DNA of 64,000 nt, from positions 70,331-134,330 of the forward strand of contig JACPGH010000003.1 in assembly GCA_016182485.1 (NCBI GenBank), in the 5' to 3' direction. The DNA comes from Candidatus Kaiserbacteria bacterium. Its GTDB lineage: Bacteria; Patescibacteriota; Minisyncoccia; Phycocordibacterales; Phycocordibacteraceae. This document shows positions 1-9,585 of this stretch, in pieces; within the stretch, counting starts at the first letter, position 1; each line of letters begins with the position of its first letter. Under the pieces are notes generated by a model. It searched no databases and was not told the origin of the DNA. It saw only the letters and a list, made by a program, of their open reading frames with translations. Made by a program: the position numbers and the translations under genes.

Positions 1-2
1 TT

Positions 3-251
3 AAGGAAGAAACAGGGCTAGATGTAGATGTCCTGACCCAATTGCCAGATAACACGTACATTCATAAAACAGGAAATAGAATCACGACCCACATGTACCT
101 TGTGCGATCAAAAGGAGATGACATTATTGCCGAACATCCAGAAGATAAAATCGAATGGGTCAATATGCGAGAGGTTACAGATCGATTCGCCTACGATAAT
201 CTGAAGGCTTATTTTAAAGATATTTTGCCAATTATAGAGCGAGCGGCATGA
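3..251 (+). CDS. NUDIX hydrolase, 5'-partial (starts before the window)
   Basis: Frame from base 3 reads KEETGLDVD, the end of the NUDIX box, and continues into the 42..251 ORF. Confidence 0.75.
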   Translation, partial: KEETGLDVDVLTQLPDNTYIHKTGNRITTHMYLVRSKGDDIIAEHPEDKIEWVNMREVTDRFAYDNLKAYFKDILPIIERAA

Positions 252-1047
252 GTGTCTTGTTCGTATGACGCTCGATCATTGCTGCTGAATGTTGCGCAAA
301 TACGGCCAGATGAGCCCTTGCTTTACCAGAATGGAATAATGCCGGAGCCGGATTTACGTCTATGCAAAAATATGAATGCCCACCTCGACCGACGAATATA
401 TCAGCCGAAAACACATCCAACTCAAGAAGGCGCGAGATATGTTTCAGGACTGTTTCAAGGTTACGTTCAGTAGTAAGGTTGTCATTTTTTGAATCGATAT
501 ATCCATCGACATAATAGAGTTTCTCAAGATGAAATTTCTCGAGGTCCACACTCTCTTCAACATAAAAGTCAGCCGAATCACTTCCTGACATTCTGGAATA
601 GAATTCTTCTACTATTTCTGCTCGCACAACAGTGCTGGCCTGCTTCTGACTCTTAATATATACGGGCAATCTTAGTTTCTCCAGCACTGTGTCGAGGGAT
701 TTCTCTGTTGGGATTGGCACACTCGCAGGAACCCGTACTCCTGCCGCACGTAAACGACTCTGCATTGAATACTTGGTGGTGTCGGATACCAAGAAATTCC
801 GATTGACCACCGTGGCCATGGCTGTCTGCGTAATACGGCTTATACAATTTGGTACGCTACTTGCATTGGTTAGAAAGTATACGACACATCCATTCGCTGC
901 GTGGTTAGTTATATCTGCCTCTGAGAGGACATCCTCCACATATCGAATATCGCAACCAATCCCTATAGATACACATGCTTCGTGAATTAGCATGGCCCCT
1001 TCGTAATACGGCTCAGTTCGAGAAATAATAATAAGTAGCATGTGCAT
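232..1047 (-). CDS. ATP-grasp fold protein (RimK/LysX-like)
   Basis: 271 aa ORF with LRLPVYIKS, YVEE and FSADIF...CIDVNPAP, matching the ATP-grasp pattern. Confidence 0.6.
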   Translation of the reverse strand: MHMLLIIISRTEPYYEGAMLIHEACVSIGIGCDIRYVEDVLSEADITNHAANGCVVYFLTNASSVPNCISRITQTAMATVVNRNFLVSDTTKYSMQSRLRAAGVRVPASVPIPTEKSLDTVLEKLRLPVYIKSQKQASTVVRAEIVEEFYSRMSGSDSADFYVEESVDLEKFHLEKLYYVDGYIDSKNDNLTTERNLETVLKHISRLLELDVFSADIFVGRGGHSYFCIDVNPAPALFHSGKARAHLAVFAQHSAAMIERHTNKTLMPLAL

Positions 1048-1351
1048 GAGAGAATAACCAATCTTAATTAGATATCAATATCCTCGACCACAACACACCT
1101 CGCTTTCGTTGAGCTCCTTATGAACGACTAGTGGCATCTTTTCACATAGTATACTTTTAGAATGCTCACCAGGACCGAGCAGATAGGGAGCATCCTTGCC
1201 CGTCTTGAGACGTTTAAGAACGATCCGGCGTATGCGGACAAGCGATACGCGATTGAGGCGAATATCGCTTTTATCCGCCATCGGTATGGTGCATGAACAG
1301 AAAGAGGACTACGACAAAAAGTCCTCGGGCGGCTCATAGTATACTTAAGAT

Positions 1352-2938
1352 ATGAACATAGCCGCGCTGGTGCAAATCAATTTTGATTTGCTATTAGTCG
1401 GTATAGCAGTTGCAGGCATTGTTCTGCTGGGGAGCATTATTTTGCTGAATGACGCAAGAAGTGTAACAAACCGCTCGTTCTTTTATTTCGCGGTACTCAC
1501 GGCCGCATGGGGCATCTCGAATTATCTCGAGTATCGCTTCACGACAATTGAAACAACATTATGGGCTCTTCGTTTTCACCTGTTTTTTTCTACTCTGCAT
1601 GCTTTCTTCTTTTTTAGACTCGCCTATGTATTTCCGCGAAAGGAACTGACGTTTCCAAGCTGGTATTACTACGTGCTGATCCCGATCGTGGCCACCACGT
1701 GCATCCTTGTGCTCACGCCACTTGTATTTTCTGGCATAACGGCGCTCGCGCCCGCCGGACAAGTGACGAGAGGCGTTCCGGGCCCAGGTATCGCGGTGTT
1801 CATGTTCGTCGCGTTCGGCCTCTTGATATCAAGCTTAGTGATTCTGTTCCGGAGAGCGCGAAAGCAGACGGGAGTTGAGCGCCGTCAGGCGCTGGTACTT
1901 TTCTACGGGATGCTGCTCATGGCCATTCTCATTCTTACATTCAATGTGGTGTTGCCGAATGTCTTCTCGAATCGAAGTTTTATTCCGCTGGCGGCCCTGT
2001 TCATTCTTCCTTTTGTGGCGTTAACCTCATACGCTATTTATCGCCACCATCTCTTCAACCTGAAAGTCGCGACGACGGCGTTCCTCGGATTCATGGTGAC
2101 GGTTTTCACATTCGTGAACGTGCTGTATTCCACCGGCCCGAGCGCGGTGGTCCTAAATGCTACGGCGTTTCTGGTCGTCTTGTTCGGAAGTATCAAGATA
2201 GTCCAGGATACGCTAAGTCTTAAAACATTGACCGAAGAGCTCTCCGAGACGAACGAGCGGCAGGAGACCCTCATCCACTTCATCGGGCACGAGGTCAAAG
2301 GATTCCTCGCCAAAGACGAAGGCGCGTTAGCGGCGATCTCGCAGGGCGATTTCGGCGAGCCGCCGGACGGCATGAAGCCCTTCGTGGAGCATGCGCTCGC
2401 GGAATCGCGCCATGGCGCGGACTCGGTAGCGAACATCCTGAAGGCCTCCAATCTTAAGAAGGGAACCGTTACCTACACAAAGGAACCGTTTGATCTTAAA
2501 GAACTTGTCGCCGCGGCCGTCGAGCGCGAGAAGACGCGGGCGGAGGAGAAAAATCTTACACTCGATTTTAAGGCTGACGAGGACTCGTACCAGATAACCG
2601 GAGATAAGGCGCAGATAAACGACCATGTGCTCCGCAATCTTATCGATAATGCGATTAACTACACGCCCTCCGGGTCTATAGAGGTTTCTCTTCGTAACGA
2701 GAACGACAGATTGATTTTCGCCGTGAAAGACACCGGAGTCGGCATTGATGAAGAAGACAAGAGGCATCTCTTCACCGAAGGCGGGCACGGTAAGGAGTCG
2801 CAGCGGGTGAACGTCCATTCCACCGGCTACGGCCTCTACATAGCGAAGAAAATAGTTGATGCGCACGGCGGGACGATCCGGGCCGAATCCGAGGGTCCCG
2901 GCAAAGGTTCAACCTTTGTCGTTGAGTTTCCAGCGTAG
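1352..2938 (+). CDS. Membrane sensor histidine kinase (7TM-type N-terminus, HisKA and HATPase_c)
   Basis: Multiple TM helices; H-box FIGHEVKG, N-box RNLIDNAINY, G1 DTGVGI, G2 TGYGLY. Confidence 0.9.
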   Translation: MNIAALVQINFDLLLVGIAVAGIVLLGSIILLNDARSVTNRSFFYFAVLTAAWGISNYLEYRFTTIETTLWALRFHLFFSTLHAFFFFRLAYVFPRKELTFPSWYYYVLIPIVATTCILVLTPLVFSGITALAPAGQVTRGVPGPGIAVFMFVAFGLLISSLVILFRRARKQTGVERRQALVLFYGMLLMAILILTFNVVLPNVFSNRSFIPLAALFILPFVALTSYAIYRHHLFNLKVATTAFLGFMVTVFTFVNVLYSTGPSAVVLNATAFLVVLFGSIKIVQDTLSLKTLTEELSETNERQETLIHFIGHEVKGFLAKDEGALAAISQGDFGEPPDGMKPFVEHALAESRHGADSVANILKASNLKKGTVTYTKEPFDLKELVAAAVEREKTRAEEKNLTLDFKADEDSYQITGDKAQINDHVLRNLIDNAINYTPSGSIEVSLRNENDRLIFAVKDTGVGIDEEDKRHLFTEGGHGKESQRVNVHSTGYGLYIAKKIVDAHGGTIRAESEGPGKGSTFVVEFPA

Positions 2939-2989
2939 TCTGATAGTGTTTTGGCATCGTCCGCCTTTGCCAAGGCTTCGGCGAGACAA

Positions 2990-3060
2990 GCCGGTATAGT
3001 TCAATGGTAGAACGAAGGACTCATAAGCCTTAAACAATGGTTCGATTCCATTTACCGGCA
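2990..3060 (+). tRNA. tRNA-Met(CAT), elongator type
   Basis: Acceptor GCCGGTA/TACCGGC, anticodon loop CTCATAA, T-loop TTCGATT; paired G1-C72 and no triple G-C in the anticodon stem. Confidence 0.85.
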
Positions 3061-3118
3061 CCGCGACATTTTGATAGGATTTTGGTAGGATGAAATCGTC
3101 CGCATTAAGTTAGTACAT

Positions 3119-3190
3119 GCGGCTGTAGCTCAACGGTAGAGCGCCGCCCTGTCACGGCGGAGGTCGTGGGATCATCACCCATCAGCCGCG
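3119..3190 (+). tRNA. tRNA-Asp(GTC) with non-canonical T-loop
   Basis: Acceptor GCGGCTG/CAGCCGC, anticodon arm CCGCC-CTGTCAC-GGCGG, T-arm GTGGG-ATCATCA-CCCAT. Confidence 0.85.
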
Positions 3191-3195
3191 CAGTC

Positions 3196-3228
3196 AGCAA
3201 AATCCGGCGGTGAGCCGGATTTTGCTTT
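3196..3228 (+). terminator. Intrinsic terminator after tRNA-Asp
   Basis: AGCAAAATCCGGC-GGTGA-GCCGGATTTTGCT followed by TT. Confidence 0.7.
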
Positions 3229-3305
3229 AAAATCTGCGAGCGTCGGCGAGCAAATTATCCCGACCAAGCCCGTCCCTCGTACCCTGGTACTGCTATGCTA
3301 TCTCA

Positions 3306-4460
3306 ATGCGGTTAACCGATTTCCATAAGGTAGTGGCGATGAACACTCTGTCTGGAATTGGCACGGGACTCGTGGGCATTTTCATCCCCATTTACCTGCT
3401 TGAGCTGGGTTTTCCTCCCATCTCCGTCATTGCGTGGCTACTAGTTCATCACGTCTCGCTTCTCATAAGCTCGTTTCTTGTCGTATTTGCATCGAATAGG
3501 ATCGGGCTTGTGCGATGCTGGTACATTCGCATCCCGCTCGTCGCACTAGTATTTTCCGGCCTTTTATTACTGCCGACACAACCGTCTCTCTTGTTTGCAG
3601 TGGCTTTCATAAGCGGGCTGGAGGCGGCTTTTTTCTGGATTCCGTACAATATCTTTACGGTACGCACGACCGACGACAAAAGCATCGGCTCTTCTCTCGC
3701 ATTTATGTCGAATGTAGGTTCTGCCGCCGGAATCCTTGTTCCGGGAATCGCCGCTCTCCTAATCGTACTTTTAGGCTATCCGGTACTTTTTTCTGTGGCT
3801 TTCGGATTCATAGTCATTTCCGTGTTTCCTGTTTTATCGCTTAGGCAGGAAAAAACTAACTTCCAATTTTCATGGACCGCCATCAAAGGTATAGCTCGAA
3901 GATATAAACGATTTATTATTCCTGAAATTTTCGACAACCTCGGCCAAGACGCGCAGGTCATATGGTCGCTATTCATCTTCATAACAGCTCTCACCATTCT
4001 CGACATTGGCGCGCTAGGTGTTATCACAGGCATCGTCGGAATGCTCGTAACCTATCTAACAGGCATATCTATTGATACGCGGAACAAGAAGGCAATCATG
4101 CGCTTCGGCGCCGTAGCGACTTCGGTCATGTGGCTTGCCTCATACGCAGTCGCCACCATTGCTCCTGCGCCGGCATTCTTATACACGGTAACCGCACTTC
4201 GAGGTTTTGCGCTTGGGATTTTCGCAAGCGCATATGGAGCTGTCATGCTCAACCGGGCCCGCAGTTCGGACGCGCAATTCTTGGTCCTGCGGGAGATCCC
4301 GACTATCCTCGGGCGGGTCGTTGTTTTCCTACTCGCGATGTTCTTCGTCTCGATCGATCGGTTCGAGCTGACTTTTTTAGTCGTAGCCGTTCTCTCTTTC
4401 TATTTCTGGTTCAATGATACCGACCCACTTCTCGCTCCACCTGTCGAGGCCCAAACCTAA
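3306..4460 (+). CDS. MFS transporter
   Basis: 384 aa with about 12 hydrophobic segments in two halves; SNRIG and IDTRNKK loop motifs. Confidence 0.8.
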   Translation: MRLTDFHKVVAMNTLSGIGTGLVGIFIPIYLLELGFPPISVIAWLLVHHVSLLISSFLVVFASNRIGLVRCWYIRIPLVALVFSGLLLLPTQPSLLFAVAFISGLEAAFFWIPYNIFTVRTTDDKSIGSSLAFMSNVGSAAGILVPGIAALLIVLLGYPVLFSVAFGFIVISVFPVLSLRQEKTNFQFSWTAIKGIARRYKRFIIPEIFDNLGQDAQVIWSLFIFITALTILDIGALGVITGIVGMLVTYLTGISIDTRNKKAIMRFGAVATSVMWLASYAVATIAPAPAFLYTVTALRGFALGIFASAYGAVMLNRARSSDAQFLVLREIPTILGRVVVFLLAMFFVSIDRFELTFLVVAVLSFYFWFNDTDPLLAPPVEAQT

Positions 4461-4498
4461 TGACGGTTCTACCATAGTCCAATAGGCCGTACTTAGAT

Positions 4499-4930
4499 TC
4501 AGTCTGAATCAAAGTTAGTTAGATACTTCTCGATCGTGTTATGGATATTCTGCAGAACATTTTCTCGTGAAGAAGATTTGCTTCTCGCTATGCCAACGGC
4601 AAAATTATACAGGTTGTGTTGAGACATCGCGAGCCACTTATTGTTATTAGACAGAAAGACCAACAAAGTCATAATAGCTATTCTTTTGTTTCCGTTCTGG
4701 AATGGATGATTTTTGATCATCAGATAAAAAAGAATACTGGCTTTGCCTATTAATCCTCTGTAAAGATGCTTTCTGCTGAATTTCGTGAATGGAGTATTTA
4801 GGCAGCTCTCAAGAATGTTAGGGAATCGCGTTCCAAAGTCTGGAATAGGTTCACTATAGGCCATTAATTCCTTTGCCAGAGTGAAAGCTGTAAATTCAAC
4901 CTCTGCCAGTGTAATGATCTTAGTCCTCAT
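4499..4930 (-). CDS. Doc/Fic-family toxin
   Basis: Fic/Doc motif HPFQNGNKR; 143 aa; start overlaps the stop of the upstream HTH gene. Confidence 0.85.
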   Translation of the reverse strand: MRTKIITLAEVEFTAFTLAKELMAYSEPIPDFGTRFPNILESCLNTPFTKFSRKHLYRGLIGKASILFYLMIKNHPFQNGNKRIAIMTLLVFLSNNNKWLAMSQHNLYNFAVGIARSKSSSRENVLQNIHNTIEKYLTNFDSD

Positions 4931-5181
4931 TCTTCGGCGAGTTTCTTAAAAGTCTTACCGTATTCCTTAACGGCCCTTTCAACGGCTCTCTCTATTTTTT
5001 GTTTCTTTAAGGGCCCAACTAATTGCCCCAGTGCTTCTAGAAGGGCGTTCTCGGCGATGACATAGTTCCTGCCGACCTTTTCGGCCTTTAATTTGCCCCT
5101 TTTTATCCTTCTAAACACTTCAATTCGGCTTATTTGCAGGATTTTAGCGGCTTCGATAGTGGAGTAAATTCTTTTATCCAT
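4927..5181 (-). CDS. Excisionase-like (HTH_17) DNA-binding protein, probable antitoxin
   Basis: YSTIEAAKILQISRIEVFRRIKRGKLKAEKVGRNYVI followed by a C-terminal helix; coupled to the Doc gene. Confidence 0.75.
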   Translation of the reverse strand: MDKRIYSTIEAAKILQISRIEVFRRIKRGKLKAEKVGRNYVIAENALLEALGQLVGPLKKQKIERAVERAVKEYGKTFKKLAEE

Positions 5182-5186
5182 AATTT

Positions 5187-5210
5187 GTATAGTAACATAT
5201 GTTACTATAC
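5187..5210. promoter_or_regulatory. Perfect 24-bp palindrome, probable operator of the HTH-Doc operon
   Basis: GTATAGTAACAT|ATGTTACTATAC, 5 bp from the ATG at 5181. Confidence 0.65.
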
Positions 5211-5288
5211 GGAAACAACAGTCTCTAGGCCATACATAATGAACCTGCTGAGCAGATTCATCTGGACCGGACTGCTACTATGTAGCAG

Positions 5289-6266
5289 ATGAATCCGAAT
5301 CACCTTGCCGTACTCCGGAAGGACTTCCGTCTCGGCGATGTCGTCTCGATTGCCGAAAGCACCGAAGGCGTTTTGAATAGAAACTATATCCTTGAAACGA
5401 GCGTAGGGAAGTTTTTCATAAAACAGGTTCGCGACAAGGCGAAAGACAGGCTCCCGGCCACGGCACTTGTCGAAGAGCTGATGCGCGAACGCGGTATTCC
5501 TGCTGTGTGCATGTGTGCGACGAAAGATGCTGAGAAGTTTGCCGTGTATGATGGTGTCGCCTATTCAGTCTATCCATTCATCGAGAGTGACCGGTCGCAT
5601 AAGTATTCTCTCGCGGATTATCGGAATATGGGCATTTTGCTTGGAGAAATTCACCGAGCCGGAAGCCAGAATATTCCAGACACGCTGACGAAGCGACGCC
5701 TCAAGGTTACACCGAAAGACGATATAGCTAAGGAGCTTGTCGAGTATAAGGCGCGGATACAGGAAATGCGGCATACGGAAAAGATCGATGAAGAATTTCT
5801 TGCGTATATCGATCTCAAGCGGGCTCTCATACCTGAAGTTGATTTGGGGACGAGTCTTGCAAACGAGACTTTGACGCACGGCGATTACCATGCGGGTAAT
5901 TTGCTCATTGACAAGAAGCGCAGAAATATTATCGAAGTATGTGATTGGGAGAAGGCTTGCATGGCGCCGCGAGCATATGAGCTTGGGAGGGCCATTCTGT
6001 ATATAAGCTTTTCAGAAGGCTACGCGGAACCGAGCGGCCGAGAATCCGCATGCGAAGTGATATCCGGATACACCTCTGTATGCCCGATGAGCAGGGATGA
6101 GATCCGCGAGGGGCTCCGAGCGCGCTTGCATCATTCGGTCTGTTCGGTTTGGCTCGAACGCCATCATTACGAATTGAAGGATCCGCGGGTCGATCACTTC
6201 GTAGCTCATGAGATCCAACTCATTCGCGATTTTATTCATGGAGATTTTGCGAGTAGATTGATTTAA
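5289..6266 (+). CDS. APH/type II homoserine kinase-like phosphotransferase
   Basis: GVLNRNY, FFIK, THGDYHAGN (Brenner motif) and VCDWE. Confidence 0.85.
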   Translation: MNPNHLAVLRKDFRLGDVVSIAESTEGVLNRNYILETSVGKFFIKQVRDKAKDRLPATALVEELMRERGIPAVCMCATKDAEKFAVYDGVAYSVYPFIESDRSHKYSLADYRNMGILLGEIHRAGSQNIPDTLTKRRLKVTPKDDIAKELVEYKARIQEMRHTEKIDEEFLAYIDLKRALIPEVDLGTSLANETLTHGDYHAGNLLIDKKRRNIIEVCDWEKACMAPRAYELGRAILYISFSEGYAEPSGRESACEVISGYTSVCPMSRDEIREGLRARLHHSVCSVWLERHHYELKDPRVDHFVAHEIQLIRDFIHGDFASRLI

Positions 6267-6331
6267 ATGTTCGTTCTATTCCCGTGCACCGCTAAGCAAG
6301 ATTGAACAATTGTTAACACATTGATTTGAAT

Positions 6332-6349
6332 GGTTAACATATGCTAACC
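6332..6349. promoter_or_regulatory. Near-palindrome related to the 5187 operator
   Basis: GGTTAACAT|ATGCTAACC (one mismatch), just upstream of a TATAAT that runs into the ATG at 6358. Confidence 0.55.
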
Positions 6350-6357
6350 TGTCTATA

Positions 6358-6655
6358 ATGCCTAAAAATAAGGCCGTTTTGCCAGACAAGCGCTTCTTTT
6401 CGGTGGCTGAACTTGCGCATACTCTCGGCGTGAGCCGGGTGGCGGTGTTTAGGAAAATCCGCTCCGGCGCCATTCATGCGGAAAAAGTAGGCCGCGCCTA
6501 TGTCATCCCGAGAGAGGAATTTGCGGCTGCGCTCGGCGACCAATGATGCTTTATACGAATTTTCCAAGGAAGTGGCTCGAAGTAACCCGGCTTTGAAACA
6601 CGCAGTCTTAAAAATGATCGAGGGTTTCATAATGAGCTCTAAAGTACGGAGATAA
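6358..6655 (+). pseudogene. Internally deleted second HTH-Doc module (HTH N-terminus plus Doc C-terminal relic)
   Basis: 6358..6546 is paralogous to the HTH at 4927..5181; 6542..6655 reads NDALYEFSKEVARSNPALKHAVLKMIEGFI, similar to the Doc C-terminus HNLYNFAVGIARSKSSSRENVLQNIHNTI. Confidence 0.65.
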
Positions 6656-6713
6656 TTCCTGTATCTCATTTTCAACTTCGGCCGCCGAACAAGGCTGGGT
6701 GCTATAATTCTTT

Positions 6714-8246
6714 ATGATCCTCGTACTCAATTTCGGGAGCCAGTTCGCCCATCTTATCGCGCGGCGTGTCAGGGATCTCGGCGTCAAGGCTGAGATTGTG
6801 CCGTTCGATACGCCGGCGCAGGAAATCGCGAAGCTCAAGCCGGCCGGCCTCATTCTTTCGGGCGGCCCCGCCTCGGTGCTGGAAAAAGGCAGCCCGCGTC
6901 CCGATAAAGAAATATTCACGCTCGGCATCCCAATCCTGGGCATTTGCTACGGGCATCAGGTCTTGGCGCAGATGCTCGGCGGCAAAGTGGAGAAGGGGAG
7001 AACGCGCGAGTTTGGGAAAGAAGCGCTCCTGCTTGGCGATAAACGCGGCCTGTTCTCGGGCCTTTCGCGGCGGCAAATTGTCTGGTTCTCGCATGGGGAT
7101 CAAGTCATAACATTGCCAAGCGGCTTCCAGAGAACGGCGGCAACCGCGTCCTGTCCGAACGCCGCTTTTGCAGATCGCAAAAGGAGTCTGTTCGGTATTC
7201 AGTTTCATCCGGAGGTTACGCATACCGCGAACGGGCCGCGAATGCTCAAGAATTTCCTATTTGCAGCCTGCAAGGCAAAGAAGAATTGGAGGATCGCCTC
7301 GGTCGCAAAAGACATCGTGGGTCAGATAAAGAGGGAAGTGGGCGATCAACATGTCGTCGTCGGCATTTCAGGCGGCGTCGATTCGCTCGTCGCCGCTACC
7401 CTTATTCATCGCGCGATCGGGAACCGCCTCCATGCCGTGTTCGTCGACACCGGTCTCTTGCGCCAAGGCGAGGTCGCGCAAGTTTCCGGATATTTAAGAA
7501 GGCACGGTTTCAAGAAGCTACATGTCGTCGATGCCAGCCGCGCGTTCCTCTCGCGCCTCAAGGGCGTAATCGATCCGGAACAAAAGAGAAAAATCATCGG
7601 CCATGCATTTATCGGGGCGTTTGAGAAAGCTATCCGCACCGAATTAAGGCGATACCCGATAGCCTATCTGGCGCAGGGAACCATTTATCCCGACCGCATC
7701 GAATCGGCCTCGACTTCGGGCGTTGCCGCGAAGATCAAGAGCCATCATAATCTCGCTCTGCCCGAGAAACTCGGCTTTCAGATCCTCGAGCCCCTCAAAG
7801 ATCTATACAAAGACGAAGTGCGCCGGGTCGGCCTCTCGCTCGGCCTGCCTCGCGAACTGCTCTTCCGCCATCCATTTCCCGGCCCCGGCCTCGCCATACG
7901 CATCGTGGGCGAGGTAACGGCGAAGCGCCTGCGCATAGCGCGCGAGGCGGATGCCGTCTTCCTCGCAGAACTGCATGCGGCGCGCGAGTATGAAAAGATC
8001 TGGATGGCATTTGCCGCGCTCTTGCCGGTAAAGACGACTGGCGTAATGGGGGACGCTCGAACGTACGAATATGCCATCGCGCTTCGCGCGGTAGATTCCG
8101 TCGACACCATGAGCGCGGATTGGCATAAAATTCCTGCGCCGCTGCTCGAGCGCATCTCGAGCGCAATAGTCAATAAAGTGCGAGGCGTTAACCGTGTTTT
8201 CTACGACATCACCCAGAAGCCGCCAGCTACGATGGAGTACGAATAG
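6714..8246 (+). CDS. guaA: GMP synthase (glutamine-hydrolysing)
   Basis: NFGSQF, GICYG, QFHPEV, SGGVDS, IKSHHN, HPFPGPGLAIR and KPPATMEYE. Confidence 0.97.
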   Translation: MILVLNFGSQFAHLIARRVRDLGVKAEIVPFDTPAQEIAKLKPAGLILSGGPASVLEKGSPRPDKEIFTLGIPILGICYGHQVLAQMLGGKVEKGRTREFGKEALLLGDKRGLFSGLSRRQIVWFSHGDQVITLPSGFQRTAATASCPNAAFADRKRSLFGIQFHPEVTHTANGPRMLKNFLFAACKAKKNWRIASVAKDIVGQIKREVGDQHVVVGISGGVDSLVAATLIHRAIGNRLHAVFVDTGLLRQGEVAQVSGYLRRHGFKKLHVVDASRAFLSRLKGVIDPEQKRKIIGHAFIGAFEKAIRTELRRYPIAYLAQGTIYPDRIESASTSGVAAKIKSHHNLALPEKLGFQILEPLKDLYKDEVRRVGLSLGLPRELLFRHPFPGPGLAIRIVGEVTAKRLRIAREADAVFLAELHAAREYEKIWMAFAALLPVKTTGVMGDARTYEYAIALRAVDSVDTMSADWHKIPAPLLERISSAIVNKVRGVNRVFYDITQKPPATMEYE

Positions 8247-8297
8247 CGGGTGGGCACGCATAACATAATTTTTCTCAGACTGAGATAAGCTGTAGCA

Positions 8298-8702
8298 ATG
8301 GAAGGCTTCAAGAAATTCATTCTGCGGGGGAATGTGGTGGATCTGGCGGTCGGCATCGCTATAGGCGCCGCCTTTAACGACATCGTGAACACGCTCGTAA
8401 AAGGCATAATCACGCCCCTTGTAGGCGCAATTTTTCAGGCTCCTGATTTTTCCACTTTTAAGGTTTCGGCGGGCGGCAGTACGTTCGCGATAGGGGATGT
8501 GATAAATGCGGCCGTTACGTTCCTTATCATTGCGCTCGTGATTTATTTCCTTATCGTACTGCCGATGAACAAGCTCACGGATATGCTGAAGCGGCGCCAG
8601 AAGCCAGCCGATCCCGCAAATAAAAAATGCCCGGAGTGCTTGAGCGAAATTCCTATCAAGGCGAAACGCTGCGCCTATTGCGGAGAGCCGCAACCGGCAT
8701 AA
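8298..8702 (+). CDS. mscL: Large-conductance mechanosensitive channel with C-terminal zinc ribbon
   Basis: FKKFILRGNVVDLAVGIAIGAAF; C-terminal CPEC...CAYC. Confidence 0.93.
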   Translation: MEGFKKFILRGNVVDLAVGIAIGAAFNDIVNTLVKGIITPLVGAIFQAPDFSTFKVSAGGSTFAIGDVINAAVTFLIIALVIYFLIVLPMNKLTDMLKRRQKPADPANKKCPECLSEIPIKAKRCAYCGEPQPA

Positions 8703-8709
8703 AAAGGGT

Positions 8710-8736
8710 GAGAGCCGCGACTGGGTCGCGGCTCTC
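8710..8736. terminator. Hairpin between convergent genes
   Basis: GAGAGCCGCGAC-TGG-GTCGCGGCTCTC with an A-tract on the left. Confidence 0.6.
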
Positions 8737-8755
8737 GGGAAGCGGAGGGGACGTG

Positions 8756-8953
8756 CTACCGAGCGAGATGGGCGATCAGGCCTTCGGGATAGTCGAGCTC
8801 GCCGAAGGCGAGCGCGGTCACCGGCACCTTCGGGCGGACGATGGGCGCCTTCTCCTCGCATGACTTGCAGCGCGTTGCGTCGGACACCGCATCGATCCTT
8901 TTCCGCGGGATCTCGATTCCGCACTCCAGGCACGTCCGAATTTCACACGCCAT
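8756..8953 (-). CDS. TraR/DksA-type C4 zinc-finger protein
   Basis: CLECGIEIPRKRIDAVSDATRCKSC. Confidence 0.7.
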   Translation of the reverse strand: MACEIRTCLECGIEIPRKRIDAVSDATRCKSCEEKAPIVRPKVPVTALAFGELDYPEGLIAHLAR

Positions 8954-9061
8954 CTTCCATGCCTCGCTCTTCAAAGTGGGTTGCGGTTAAGCCGCGTTTC
9001 CCAAGGAACTTGGGCCGCAGGCATTCTAGCATTAATGCAAACTTAATGTAAGGCCCGTGCG

Positions 9062-9415
9062 TTATGCACGGTGATAACGGTCCGCGAGCCGTTTGATATC
9101 TTCTTCGTCGAATTCGCCGAAGGCGATTTCGAGAAGCATGATGCCGCCGGTGCCGCCGGTGACCCGGTGCGCGGTGTGACGTGGGCATGAGAAAGAATCG
9201 CCCTCGTGCGCCTCGCGCTCTGCTTCGCCGATGCGGATCGTGCCGGACCCTTTGAGCACGCGCCAAAATTCATCGCGGTTTTCGTGCGTCTGCAGGCTCC
9301 AAGCCTCCCCGGCGGCGATGGTATGTATCTTCACGGTGGTCTGCTCGTTCAGTGTGAACTGCTCGAATTCTCCCCACGGGCGCTTTACCTTTTCATGATG
9401 CGAAAGGATGTCCAT
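9062..9415 (-). CDS. Cupin, type II mannose-6-phosphate isomerase C-terminal-like
   Basis: RPWG, SLQTHENRDEFW, HRV, EIAFG and EEDIKRLADRY. Confidence 0.85.
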   Translation of the reverse strand: MDILSHHEKVKRPWGEFEQFTLNEQTTVKIHTIAAGEAWSLQTHENRDEFWRVLKGSGTIRIGEAEREAHEGDSFSCPRHTAHRVTGGTGGIMLLEIAFGEFDEEDIKRLADRYHRA

Positions 9416-9585
9416 AAAGGAGAGTATACCTCTACTCCGAACAAAAATTGATAGAACGCGGGAATTTAGCTAGTATGCGTCTAGTGCTATTCGGGCCTGC
9501 CGCGATAAGCGTTGCTTGCACGCTTTTCTCTGGCTCGCTCGGAGAGCATAAACATGTGAGGACGCATATTTATGCTTCCTCGCTC

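Noticed and set aside
1075-1337. Short minus-strand ORFs upstream of the ATP-grasp gene
   Set aside because: No recognisable motif and two competing frames; neither can be supported.
4927-6546. Excisionases of a mobile element
   Set aside because: There is no integrase nearby; coupling to Doc and the operator palindromes fit TA regulators better.
7803-8933. Long antisense or alternate-frame ORFs (also 19431-20477, 20504-21511, 61994-62959)
   Set aside because: They overlap well-supported genes and have the Arg/Ala-rich composition typical of GC-rich shadow frames.
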